DNA of 64,000 nt from Azolla caroliniana (lineage: Eukaryota > Plantae > Polypodiophyta). Where the stretch lies: contig JBHGNT010000011.1 of the NCBI GenBank assembly GCA_043228905.1, positions 7,936,001 to 8,000,000 on the forward strand, written 5' to 3'. Position numbers and translations under genes: made by a program. The notes beneath the pieces are model-generated. The model was not told the origin of the DNA. It did no database searches and was given only the letters and a program-made list of their open reading frames with translations. Positions 20,053-33,335 of this stretch are shown one piece after another (the first letter of the stretch is position 1; each line of letters opens with the position of its first letter).

Positions 20053-23000
20053 CAACAAAAAACTCAGATTCAAAATAATGACTCTCTATTCTGTGTACAT
20101 CGTGCTCAGTGAGCACCTTATATACAAGCCCTGACAATCGGGCTAACACAAGTACTGACAGTACTTGACGCTCATAAATGAGCCACAACACTCACTCCCA
20201 AAAATATTCCTTATGAGGAATAACGCTCTAACGGCCTCTTCGGTTTTCACACAGATGTGGCCCTGTTGTGCGTACTTTTTCACGCACCCAGTCTACGCAC
20301 TGGGTTACGCTGCGTACTTCGCACTGAATGTTGAGCTTGTCTCTCAACACTCCCCCTCAAGCTCAACTTGAGGTTCCACTTGCTCCGCCGGATCTACGCT
20401 CCGGTTCCTTCTTGCTTCACGCCTCGCTCGCGCTCCTCGACCTCTTCGATTCCACGCACTTCGACCCTTTCGGTCGGCTTGTCTGCCCATTCGGCCCTTC
20501 TCAGCTCCCTTGCTATCGCGGTGTCGGCGTGTCCTTCGCCGCCCTTTTCTCCGCATGGGCTTTAGTTGATTCGGTGTATCCGAATCGAACATTCCGATTG
20601 AATCGAACACTTCCGATTCAATTCCGCTTTCATTTGAATTGGCTATCTCCAATTTGTCTTCAGTCTTTAGGCCTTTGACTACATCAGACCACGTCTTGGT
20701 CTTGGCCTTTACGCCCTTCTTGTCTATATCTCCCCCTAATTTGGCTATCCTCGGCTCTTCCCTACGGTTACGACCCTTGCTCTTTTCTTCGACTTCTTCA
20801 GCCGACCCAAAATCGAATTCTTCATCCGATTCAGCATCACGGTCATTTCCGTCGTGATGAACACCTCCGCTCCTTTCATGCTCTTGTTCCTGCTCTTCCT
20901 TTCTCCCCCTCAAGTTCGGCGTGTCGAGGTAACGCAACCCAAGCTCACCTGAGAAATGTCGTAACTTGTCGAGACCAAGAGGCTTGGTGAAGATGTCGGC
21001 AACCTGCCGATCAGTCGAAACATGCACCAATTCGACTTCACCTGAAAGAACCTGCTCGTGGACAAAATGGTAATGCACCTCAATATGCTTGGTCTGGGCG
21101 TGAAAAATGGGGTTCTTTGCAAGGTGGATACTGCTGAGGTTGTCACAAAAGATCATCATCGGATTAGACACCTCTAGTTGTAGATCCCGTAATAGCCGTT
21201 TTAACCAAATGACTTCGCACGTAGCGACTGCCGCCCCTCAATATTCGGCCTCCGTGCTCAATAGTGCCACTATCGGCTGCTTTTTGCTACTCCACACAAT
21301 CGCCACACTTCCTAACGAGAAGGCGTATCCGGATGTGGATCGACAATCGTGGGCGTTTCCAGCCCAATCGGCATCCGTGTAGCCGACTAACTGTTCGGCT
21401 ATGCCTACCCGATAAAACAACGCCATGTCTTTCGTGCCACTGACATAACGCAGTATCCGTTGCGCACACTGAAAATGTTCGGTCATAGGCTGCGACATGA
21501 ATTGACTGATTAAGCTGACCAGGTAGCTAAGATCCGGCCGAGTAATCGTCAAATAGATAAGGCTCCCAACAATCTGTCGGAACCGTGTTGGGTTGTACGC
21601 CTTGACCAAATCTGGGCGAAGCTTCATGTTTCTATCCAGAGGGGTCGAGATGGGCTTACAGTTTGCCATCCCGAACTTCAAGAGCATATTCAGCACGTAA
21701 TGACGTTGGCTGATCAATATGCCTTCGGGGGTACGGATCACTTTGATCCTGAGGAAGTAATGAAGGTCTCCGAGATCCTTCATTTCAAACGATGTCGCAA
21801 GATAAGACTTCACGCGGTGCATTTCGTCAAGGTCGGCACCGGCGATGACTAAATCATCAACGTACAGGAGCAGGCTGACCGGTCCATATTGGCCTTGCCG
21901 AACAAATAGGGAAGAGTCCGATTTCGACGGTGCAAACCCCATCCTACGCAACTGTTGCGTAATCTTTGCGTTCCAAGCTCGCAAGGCTTGCTTCAGTCCG
22001 TATAAGGATTTCTTCAATTGGCAAACTGTCGAGGTGTTTTGTTCGGTTAGAAATCCGAGGGGTTGTACCATGTACACCTGTTCCTCAAGATCACCTTGTA
22101 GGAACGTGTTCTTTACATCCATTTGATGTAAGTGCCACCCCTTTGCCGCTGTTATGGCTAGCAAGACTCACATGGTAGTCATCTTCGCAACAGGCGCGAA
22201 GGTCTCGTCATAGTCCACGCCATGCTTTTGCACGTAGCCTTTCGCTACCAACCTAGCCTTGTATCGGTTGACCGAGCCGTCGGTGTTGTACTTGACCTTG
22301 TACACCCACCTACATCCAATCGGCTTCACACCCTTTGGTGCGTCAACTAGGTCCCAGGTTTCATTCTCCAATAATGCGCGCATCTCTTCCTCCATTGCGG
22401 CACGCCAATTCACATCTTTCGTCGCTTCTGCGTAGCTCTCCTGCTCATGCACTTCCACCACTCACGTCATCTACGCATAATGGTGCGCCATGTACTCATT
22501 ATACTCGTATCTCTTTATAGGGTTCTTCTAGCAGGTAGATCGGCGTAAATCATGATTACCCGATTTCACGACCTTTTTGGCCGAGTTTGACCTCTGCCGC
22601 GGAGGTTTCTTTACGATTGGCTCAATGTCAAATTTGCTTCGAACTGACTCGGCACTACCGAAATCGTACTTCGGCATTTTCTTCTTGCCCTTCTCCGTGC
22701 GCGTAAACTGTCTCCTCGGTTCTTTACGCGGGGAAATCACGGCTGAGTCTCCACTACTTGCCATCTCTTCATCTGGTTGGCCATCTCGACCCAACCCCTC
22801 ATTCGGCCCGCTTAGCTGAAATGAGATCGGACTCTCTCTCAGAGCTCCAACGTCCTCATCATGCGGAGGCATTTCGGCCTCGCTGATTTCTTCTTCAAAA
22901 ATCGGAATGGAGTCATGAGGTTCTGGAGGTGAAGGCAAGTACCACGAAGCGGACTCGTCGAACATGACGTCACGGCTTACACATACTTCCTTTGTTCGAG

Positions 23001-25538
23001 GGTCATAACACTTATACCCTTTTTGCTCATCTTAATAGCCGACCAAGATACATTTCTCGACCTTGGCATCTAGCTTCCTCCTCTTCTCCTTCGACACGTG
23101 CACATACGCGATGCTGCCGAAAATCCTGAAGTGTGCCAAGTTCGGCTTCTTCCCGAAATACAGCTCATGTGGCGACACTCCTCCATTAGCAGAAGTCTGA
23201 TTATGTAGGTAGACAGTCGTCTTCACGGCTTCAGCCCAATAGAATTTCGGCATATGCTTCTCTTCAAGCATTGCCCTAGCCGCTTCTTCGATTGTTCGAT
23301 TCATCCACTCGGCCACGCCGTTCTACTGCGGCATGTATCTACATGAGAATTCACGTCAAATTCCCTCCTTTTGTAGATAACTTGTGAACTGGTCGGAGAA
23401 GTACTCCTTCCCGCCATCGGACCGTAGGCATTTGATCTTACGCCTTGTTTCCCTTTCCGCAAGGCTCTTAACCTTCGGGAAGCATGCGAAGACTTCGCTC
23501 TTCTTCGTGATCGTGCATACCCACGTGCCGAGTGAAGTCGTCGATGAAGGTTACAAAGTAACGGTTTCCACTGAGACTCAAGTTCTATGCTGAACCCCAC
23601 ACATCCGAATGGATCAAATCCAATGGACTTTGACTACGATTACGCTCATTGGGGAATGGAAGTCGGTGTTGTTTTCTCATCTGACAGGCTTCACAGACTT
23701 GGGCATTACGGCCCCGAAATTTCGGCAATCCGAATACGATGCTCTTCGTCTGCATTTCTCGAAGCCGTGGGAAATTTATGTGGCTGAACCGCTTGTGCCA
23801 TAGGTCGGTCGATATCCGATTCGACCTTTTGTCCTTTCGCGTACAACACGGTTCCAGCTTGATTAGTGTCAAGGATGAACATCCTCCCTTCACAACGCCC
23901 TTGCGCGATCACTTTGCCTTCCTCTTCTATGAAGCAGCCGAGGTGTGTGAATTGAACTTGCATACCTTGGTCGACGATTTGACCGACCAACACCAGGTTC
24001 TTGGTCATTGTCGGGACATGCAGCGCATTCATTAGCTTCCCTTTTTGCCCGACGTGGCTGAGGGGAACTTCGCCAACATGTTCGATGGTATGCGGAGTGT
24101 CGTCTCCCGTTTCGACCACTCCTTGTGATTGTGGTTTCTCCAAGTACGAGAACCATTCCTCATGACTCATCATATGATTTGACGCTCCGGAATCAACATA
24201 CCACACCTCGCTTGATTTCAAGGTGTTCACGGCCATAGAATTGGCCTTATGCTTCATTACGAAGGTTGGGCCCAATTTGTTTTTGGCTCGTTCAGAGCCT
24301 TCTACGTAGTGTGATCTCTGACGCCTCTCTGCATCTCTTCGGCTCGATCCAGCTTTGTCTAAATCAGCTCTCTTTTTCCAGCACTCGCTCTCCTTGTGGC
24401 CTTTCTTACCACAGTACCAACATTCCGATGCGGCCTTCTCTTGCCGGCTTCCGGCGCCGCCATGACTCCCCCTGCTTGTGGAGGGTCTGGAATTGCCTCC
24501 GGCATTTCGATTATGCCGTACATTCTGCTCTTTTCGGCCACCTCCATTGTGAGCCGATCCGCCTTGTCCACCACGACCACGAGGGCTATCATCCTCCGTG
24601 TAAAGCATCTTGCCATCAGCGTGCGCACTTGTCGACGCACCTGCGTGGTTTTCTTCTACGAGCAACATTGACTGAAGCTCGAAAAACGAAGGCATAATCT
24701 CCCTCGTGCAGACTACCGTTCGGAAAGGTCCGAACTTTAACGCCAAGCCACCAAGACAAACCTACACCATTTCATCTTCCTTGACGTTCACGTTGACGGA
24801 GGCGAGAGAGTCGCAGATTTCTTTGATCTTGGTGGTGTAATCAGCCACCGACATATCTCTTTGTCACACATTGCTAAGCTCAAATTCAAAATAATGACTC
24901 TCTATTCTGTGTACATACTTCGTGCTCAATGAGCACCTTATATACAAGCCCTGACAATCGGGTTGACACAAGTACTGACAATACTTGACACTCATAAATG
25001 AGCAACGACACACACTCCCAAAAATATTCCTTACGAGGAATAACGCTCTAACGGCCTCTTCGGTTTTCACACCAATGTGGCCCTGTTGTGCGTACTTTTT
25101 CACGCACCCAGTCTACGCACTGGGTTACGCTGCGTACTTCGCACCAAATGTTGAGCTTGTCTCTCAACAACGACAAATAGACAAACCCTAATCATAGTGA
25201 AGAATAGAACAAGGTAAGAATGAACAAAGGAATGGGTAGAGCTTGCTTCTGACGGAGAAGCTCGACAAAAGCAACTACGCATCTTGGTCGTACAAGATGC
25301 ACCAATACTTGCTCGGGCATGGTTGTTGAGTTATGTTGATGGAGCTAATGATACAACACCCGAATCAACACACAATTTTTCGACTTATAGTCAATGCTCC
25401 TAATAGAGGAGAACCACAGGGGTGCGTCAACGACAATGCACGCGGATAGGCCCCGTGGTCGTGATGGACGAGGCGAGTCGGCGCGCAATGGAGGCGGCCG
25501 ATAGGAGTAGGATGGAAGGCATGGTCGTAATGCCAACA
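19740..25538 (+). mobile_element. Heavily deleted plus-strand copia (LTR 3' part ~19740-19859, PBS 19860-19871, gag fragments 25220-25538), split by the 19900-25169 element
   Basis: TTTTACA followed by TGGTATCAGAGC; gag EKLDKSNYASWSYKMHQYLLGHG resumes after 25175. Confidence 0.8.
19900..25169 (-). mobile_element. Copia element (3' LTR 19900-20349; 5' LTR remnant ~24880-25169; gag start and PBS deleted)
   Basis: TSD TCGAC/ACGAC; PPT at 20350; gag CWYCGKKGHKESEC, PR, INT, RT and RNase H ORFs with several stops. Confidence 0.92.
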
Positions 25539-25763
25539 CTAACTCCCAAAATATATTCCTCTGTGGAATATCTATCCAACGGCCTCCCGATTTACGCACC
25601 GTTACGGCCTCTCTTTGCGCATCCTCTTTACGCACCCAATGTTGAGTTTGTATCTCAACACTCCCCCTCAAGCTCAACTTGAGGTTCTACCTGCTCTTCC
25701 GGATGTTCGCTCCAGCTTTTCTTGGCTTCACGCCTCGCTCGCGTTGTTGGCATTACGACCATG

Positions 25764-27274
25764 TCACAGAGAGATTGATGTGGCATGGGGCCACAGACGT
25801 CCGAGTGGACCAAATTGAGTGGACTTGATTGTCTCAGTGCTGATGTCGAGTGTGAGGTTGTGATTTGTTTGCTCACAGAATTGATGATCTGAGAAGGAGA
25901 GTTTAGGGATGTATCCGACTCTAGATAAATGTGTGATGTCGGCCTTGCGGAGGTGTCCGAGTCGTCCATGCCAAAGTGATGACACGGGAATGTCGACCAA
26001 GAACAAGTTGCCCTCTCTAAGTGTGACATATAACGGGTACAACGAGTGTACTTTCGGTCCTTGAACAAGTAGAAGGTTCCCCCTGTGGAGTGTCCACCCT
26101 CTTGACAAGAATCCAGCATAGATGTCGTCTTCGTTCAGTTGTCTGACTGGGGTCAAGGGACTTGAGGTACATGTCGAACATTGTGTAGTACCAATGTAGA
26201 GCCACCCAGAAGGTTGAGCTCTACTATGCCGATTCCAATAATCGCACAGTGTTGCGAATTTCCGACTCCAATTGAGTCGGAGTATCGGGCTGAGTATTGC
26301 CGAAATTGGGATCGATGAGGGGTCACATGAAAGGACACACCCAAATCCAAGAGCCATGTGCTCGATTCCTCAGTCGTAACCAGAATTTCTGATTCAACTA
26401 GGTTTTCAATGGATAGAATGTTCGGGTCATTCGACAATACTTTGGTTGAAGAGCCGACGTAGTTGACCTCATGTCGGTCACTCTTTTGATCCGGGCTTTG
26501 AGCCTTATCGTTTCTGGCCTTGAGTGCACGACAATCGGTTTTGATGTGTTCGGGTTTCTTGCAATAGTTGCAGACACGATTATCCTAGGACTTGCTCCGA
26601 CTTCATTGGTTGTTCGTCCTCCGTGAAGAACCTCTTCTTCGGCTATTCGATCGGTTGGTTGAACCTTGTACTACATATGCGTTACTGGCCGAATTTGCAA
26701 ACAATTTCCTCTGAGCTGCTTCAGTTAGAATTGCACTCGTGATTGAGGAGTATTTAACGGGCATAGTCAATGCGTTGCACACGGTTGTGACGAAAGTTTC
26801 CCACAAAGGGGGGAGACTACTCATGAGCAACATTGCCCTTAGTTCGTCCTCGATAGTCGTCCCCTGAGCCGAAATTTGGGAGCTCAGATTTTTGTACTCG
26901 TTGAGGTGTGCCTGGTCCGAATCGGATTCTTTCATCCGAAGGTTATAGAGGCGTCGTATCAAATATATCTTCATGGCAGCGACCTTCTTTTCGTAAGTGT
27001 CTGAAAGTGTCTTCCATAGCTGGAACACAGTCGGACATGATTGCACCGTAAAGTACACGGACTCCGATAGGTGCATCCGAATAGTGGCTTGGACAATTTT
27101 GTCGAGCTTCTCCCATTCAAGGGTCTTGTATCCTTCTAGAGCATTTTCGTTTTCGATGGGGTCGATTTGCCCTTTGACTATTAAATAGTCTTGCATCTGC
27201 TCCTTCTAGAAGTTGAAGTTCGATCCGTTGAACTTCCTTAGACTCATCTCTTACGAGCCGGATGTTGATGCCAT
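25764..27274 (-). mobile_element. gag-protease-pre-integrase of Tork-like copia T
   Basis: KFNGSNF..MQDYLIVKG..RRLYNLRMKE; CNYCKKPEHIKTDC; WLLDLGVSFHVT; LWHGRLGH; LVHSDVCGPM. Confidence 0.87.
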
Positions 27275-28448
27275 CTGTGTCGAATTTGGGAGGCTTTGTT
27301 CAGGGTTGGCTACGAACAGTGGTTGGGTGCAACAGACTAGTTCACCCGAATTCGTTCTAACTGAGTTTGAACACACGCCGAATCTGATTCGAAATTCGGG
27401 AGACTCGATCCGAACTAATACAGCTGACTAGCCTAGTCGAGTTGGACCCGAGTATGTCGATTCAATTTCGAATGTCGATTTTCGATATTTCCAAACACAG
27501 AGTATGTGCCAATTATCCAGGTTGATCCTGCTTTAGGTGACTACGACAATGAGAAGAACAGGTTCAGCTAATCTTTCCAAATGTTGTCTAGCCGAATGAA
27601 GCATGGGAGGGGGTTGTCATGATATGGCAAGACTCGAAACCATGAACTTATGTTACATGGGTCGAGCTCTTGACCATTAGACTATATGTTGTAATACAAA
27701 AGATATTATTTTCATTTAAGTTTTACTATAGAAAATTGATGTATATTCTAGATTTCTCTGGAACATTCTAGAAACTTCAAGAGTACTCCTCAGAACACTA
27801 TAAAAGGAGGCACAAGGCATTATTTCGAACCAAATCGGTTCAACACCAATCTTAAGCCTCCTAACTACTATTGTATATTCTCTTAACATAATATATATCT
27901 TTTGTTATCATCATTATCTCTCTCTCACTCACTCATTCTTTCCTTCTCTCAAGAGTTCTACACCTCCCTTAGTACTAATCCTCATCTTTTAGTACTAATT
28001 CCTTCTCTGTCTTAGTATTGTTCCTAATAGTACTTCTCTGTCTTAGTACTGTTCCTAACAATACTTGTCAGAACCAAGGATAAAAGATAGAGTGATGGAA
28101 GAAGGATAGAGAAGAATGGATGTATAAGATAGAGAAAGAAAGAGAATGGATACAAGATATGTAATGAGAGCTAAAGACTAGTGTTGATTCGAATTGATTT
28201 GAGAATACATGTATGCGCTTATTTATAGGTTCCTATAGAATAGCTTAGAGATTTCTAGAATGTTCTAGACCTAGAATGCTCTAGGACATTCTAGAACATT
28301 CTAGAATAATCTAGAGTTTTTACAATAATCAATGTAATACAAGAAGTAGCTTTTATTGTTTCATATAACAATAAGCTATCTTAATGGTTGAGGTTTTCAA
28401 GTATGAATTACAAGGTTCGAGGTTCAAGTCCGGGTGACGCCATAATGG

Positions 28449-31400
28449 TCATGTGTTCATGACACTATCCCTCCTTCGAGAACGCCGAGTGGAAGTCGGC
28501 GTTAACATTGTTGGGCCGGGCTTGTTTGGATAGTGACGATGGAAGTCGTTGACCAGAGCTTCAGCATTACAAACGTTATCGATGGGTTCCCAAGTGCAAT
28601 CACTCGGAGGATAACCAAGCCAATCAACTAGATAATAAAGCTTATTGCGCACAATCTTAGAATCGAGAATAGCAGCTACCTCGTATTCGGGGCCGTCCAC
28701 AAGTTGTACAGAAGGCGGTGGTGGCACGACACGATCAGGAATTAAAGAGGTGTGGCAAGGTTCCAAAAGAGAGCTATGAAAGACAGGGTGAAGCCGCATA
28801 TGTGCAGGAAGGTTAAGACGAAATGTTGCATCATTAATCTGCGCCGTGATGACAAAAGGACCTAAGCGTTGATAGTCAAGCTTAGCACACGGTCGGGTAG
28901 TCTTGATGTGACGACGAAGCAACCATACACGGTCACCAACCTTAAACGGAGACTTAAGACGATGTCGATCGGCATTGGTCTTATGGTGTGCTTGTGCTTT
29001 CTGAAGATGTGACGATAACTCGAACTGGATTTGTTGTAGTCGGTGGAGGTGATGCGCCGCACTAGGGTTTCGTGACACCTCGGGAAGATCCAGTATACAC
29101 CATCGAGGGTGGTTGCCGGTGTAGGCAAAGAAAGGTGTAACTTTGGTAGAAGAGTGGACCGTGTTGTTGTATGCAAACTCAGCAAGATGTAAAATTTTAC
29201 TCCAATCATCTTGTTGATAACTAATGAAACATCGAAGATATTGCTCGAGCGTTTGATTTGTGCGCTCTGTTTGTCCGTCAGTTTGTGGATGATAAGCCGA
29301 AGAGAGTTTGCAAGAGATTTTGAGGCCTGCCCATAGGTGCTTCCAAAAGTGTGAGATAAATTGAGGACCTCGATCACTAATAATATCATTCGGGAGACCA
29401 TGATGGTGAAACACTTCACGCATAATGAGATCTGCAGTTTCTTCACTATTGATGGTCTTTACACATGGTACAAAATGTGCCATCTTGGTGAACCGATCCA
29501 CTACTGTTAAAATAGTATCAAAGCCTTTGGAAGGTGGCAGATCCGTAATGAAATCCATAGAAATAGACTGCCATGGCTTGTTGGGAGGGGGTAATGGTTG
29601 TAGTAAGCCATAAGGGTGATGCCGGGGTATTTTGGCGCGACAGCAGGTGTCACAAGTGCGAACATAATCTTCGACAAATTTTTGCAAGTGAGGCCACCAA
29701 AATGAACGTTTCACCAGCTCAATGGTCTTGGAAATACCAAAATGTCCAGCCATGGGGGCATCATGACAATGTTCCAACACTTGAAATCGGGGTGATCCGT
29801 CGGGGAAGTAAAGGAGATTCTTGTAGAAGAGTAAACCATCTTGCCACTTGAAGTCCTTATAATGTTGAGATGACCCTGGCAATGTGGAGCAAGATGGACG
29901 ACTTGAACCACAGTGGGCTAAGACATCCTTAGCAAAATCATCCGAATGAAGTTGTTGCCGAATAGTGTCAAGAAGGGTAGAATCAAGTGGTGTGGCATAA
30001 ATTGTTATTACCTGTAGCTTTGATGGCCCGAGGAGAGTTTGCTTTTGATTGTCAAAGGTCGGATCTCCAGGTCGAAGTGCTAGATACAAACGCCGAGACA
30101 GAGCATCTGCTTTCCCTTGTTGTTTTCCGGGGCGAAAAATGATCTTGAAATCGAAACGCGTTAGAAATTGGGCCCACCGAGCTTGTCGTCTATTTAATAC
30201 TCGAGCTGTTTGAAAATATGTGAGATTTTTGTGATCACTATAAATGATAATCTGATGAGGTGAGCCTTCTAGAAAATGACGCCATTGCTCGAATGAGTCG
30301 ACCACAGCTAGTAACTCCTTGTCATGCACCTCATAGTTTATCTCCAAAACAGTAAACTTTCTCGAGTGAAACGCGACTGGATGTATCTGCCCGTCCTCAC
30401 CTGGTTGCGATAGGATACTCCCCAATGCAAAGTCTGATGCATCCGCCTCAATAGTAAATGGCTTTTCAGGATCAATATGTGCTAGGATGGGTGCTGATGT
30501 GAATGCCTCTTTTAGCTGCGTAAAAGCCTTGTCTGCTTCGATACTCCAAAAAAATGCTTGATTTTTCTTTGTGAGTTGAGTAAGGGGCAACACAATGCTT
30601 GAATAATTATGTATGAATTTGCATAGAAGTTCGCAAATCCGAGGAAACACTGGACATCCCGAACTGAGCATGGGGGTTTCCATTCCAATATTGTTTGGAC
30701 TTTTGCCGGGTCCATGAAAACACCCCGGGATGAAATAGTGTATCCCAAAAATTCGACTTGTTTGCAATCAAAACTGCATTTCTCAAGTTTGGCGTAAAGA
30801 CCATACTTCCTTAGGCGTTCAAGTACTTGCCGCACATGTATATCATGCTCCCCCTGTGTTTTAGAGTAAATCAATAGATCATCTAGGTAGATGATTAGAA
30901 AAATATCCAAGAAATCCCGGAAGATGTCATTTGCCATATGTTGGAATACGGCAGGTGCATTTGTGAGCCCGAAAGGCATGACTGTATACTCGAAATGACC
31001 ATACCGAGTACGAAATGCTGTTTTCCACTCATCTCCTGGCCGAATTCGAACAAGATTATATGCACCCCTTAGATCAATTTTGGTAAAATGCTTTGCCCCA
31101 CCAATGCGTTCTAAGAGATTGGAGATTAAAGGTAAAGCATACCTATTCCTTATGGTGACTTTATTTAAGCCTTGATAGTCCACGACCAAACGAAGGGAGC
31201 CATCCTTTTTCTTCACAAAAAAGATAGGAGCACCAGCTGGAGACTTTGAATGTCGAATAAACCCATGTGCAAGATTTTCCTCGATGTATTCTCGAAGAAC
31301 CTCAAGCTCAGTGGGTGATAAATTGTAAATCGGACCCCACGGAGGCTCTTTTCCTGGTTGGAGATCAATAGGACAGTCGTACGGCCGATGCTTTGGAAGA

Positions 31401-32110
31401 ACACTAGCTTTGACTTTGTCGAAAACATCAGCATAGTCTTGATATTTTTTGGGAATTTGGATGTCTGAATTCCCTTGAGTGACACTAGAAGGTGTCACTG
31501 ATACTGCAAATAAGAAAAGGTCCTCCTTGCCTCCCACTTGGTGCAATTATTGCAATGTGATGGCTGAAATTTGATGAGAAGGATATGGTGCATCGGTAGA
31601 ACTATATACTTTGGGAGGATAATCCCGAGTTCGATCCTTGACAATGATATTTTCTGCTAAAGGGCACCTAATTTCTCGCTTCCTCCAATCGATTCTAGGG
31701 TTATGTAGCTCGAACCATGGCAAACCGAGGACAATTGGATGCTCAGGACTACGGATTATGTTAAAGGAAACTACACATCCTAAATCACCCAAGAGTATGT
31801 GTATTGGCTCAGACTCTTCAAATATCTTCCCGGAAGCTATGGGGCGTCCATCAATCACTACTACGGAAACTGGACAAGGAAGTGTATGCAAGGATATTTG
31901 GTGTTTTTGGGCAAAATCTCTATCCATGAAACAAGAATTGGCTCCAGTATCTAAGAGGGCTTGGACTTGAAGTTGACAACTGGGTTTCCTACCTTGTACT
32001 AGGGCTGAGAAGACTCTACTAACATGCTTGGAAGAAATGGAACCCACACCAGGTTGTACATATCTAGGGTTGTCCAACCAAATGGCTCCTATTTTGGCCA
32101 GACTTATTCG
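28449..32110 (-). pseudogene. Pol of element D (PR-RT-RH-INT-chromodomain) with one premature stop (31547) and one frameshift (~30620)
   Basis: ORFs 31547..32077, 30512..31546 and 28449..30767. Confidence 0.9.
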
Positions 32111-33272
32111 TTTGACTCCTCTTCTAATTGGCTTAGGACTTCAAATTTATTGGACAAGGGTGGATTATTCATAATATTAGATTCACTAACTACTTCTAAA
32201 ATATTGGACTCATTTTTATTGTCATAGTGAATTTGATTTACCTGACGTCTCGGCCTACGGGAGCAATGAATGGCTATATGTCCTGGACCTCCACAATATA
32301 AGCACAAATGGTTTGCTCGACGACGTTGCTTCTCTTCGTCTGACAACGGTCCTCGTCGTTGAGTCATATCGATCTCCATGGGTGTAGGACTATCCATTGG
32401 GACTGGACTACGTGTTTGCCTTGGAGTTGGAGCAGGGCTATACATTTGCCTTGGGGATGATTGCGCCGTTACTGATGCATAAGTTGGTGTGAATCTAGAT
32501 CTTGTTATTTGTTGTTGTCGCTCACATCGACGCTCAAAAAGGCGATTATCACACCGTATTGCTCGACTAATAGCTTCTGTAAGTGACCTTGGATCCTCGG
32601 GGAAGGTAAGAAGTAAGTCTTTGACATCACTACGAAGGCCTGAACGGAATTGCTCCATTAGGGCTTGTTCATCCCAAGGAATATCGCTTGCGATGAGACG
32701 GAAATTGGCGGCATATGTTGAAGCTGGTTGATCACCTTGACGAAGTGTACGAATCTTGTTGATAGCTGTTCTCACCCCATCAGTATCTCCGAAACAAGCC
32801 TTAAATTCCTTGATAAATTCCTCGAAATTATTTAGTAGAGGAGAATTGGTCTCTAGCAATGGAGAAAACCACGACAACGCTATGCCAGTCAATAAAGTGC
32901 CCACTAGCCCGACTCGTGATGCATCTGTTGGATAACGTGCGGGATGCATTTGAATCACCAACCGTACTTGATTCAAAAAACCTCGGAAATGCGCCCTCGA
33001 CCCATCAAATTTAGCTGGGAAGCTAATTTTGGGCTCCTTGATAAGTCCATGACCTTCAACCCTTTGTTGTTGTAACATGACGATTGTCGACTCTAACTGT
33101 TCCACTCGTCGCGTGAACTCCTCTTGTTGTTGTTGCTTCTCTATAGTAACCTTTTGTAGATCCCCAAGTAGACGTTGATTCTCTACTTCAAGAGATGCGA
33201 ACTTGGATTTAAGGTTCTCCATTTCTGCAACAAGGGTGAGATATTCTTCTGAGTTAATGGCAGCCATGGTTT
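32104..33272 (-). CDS. Gag of element D (coiled coil, retrotransposon gag core, CCHC)
   Basis: MAAINSEEY...EPKISFPAKFDG...PMEID...CLYCGGPGHIAIHC; open frame; start coordinate approximate. Confidence 0.88.
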
Positions 33273-33292
33273 CAGGATGGTTATAAAGGAGG

Positions 33293-33335
<43 letters not shown>

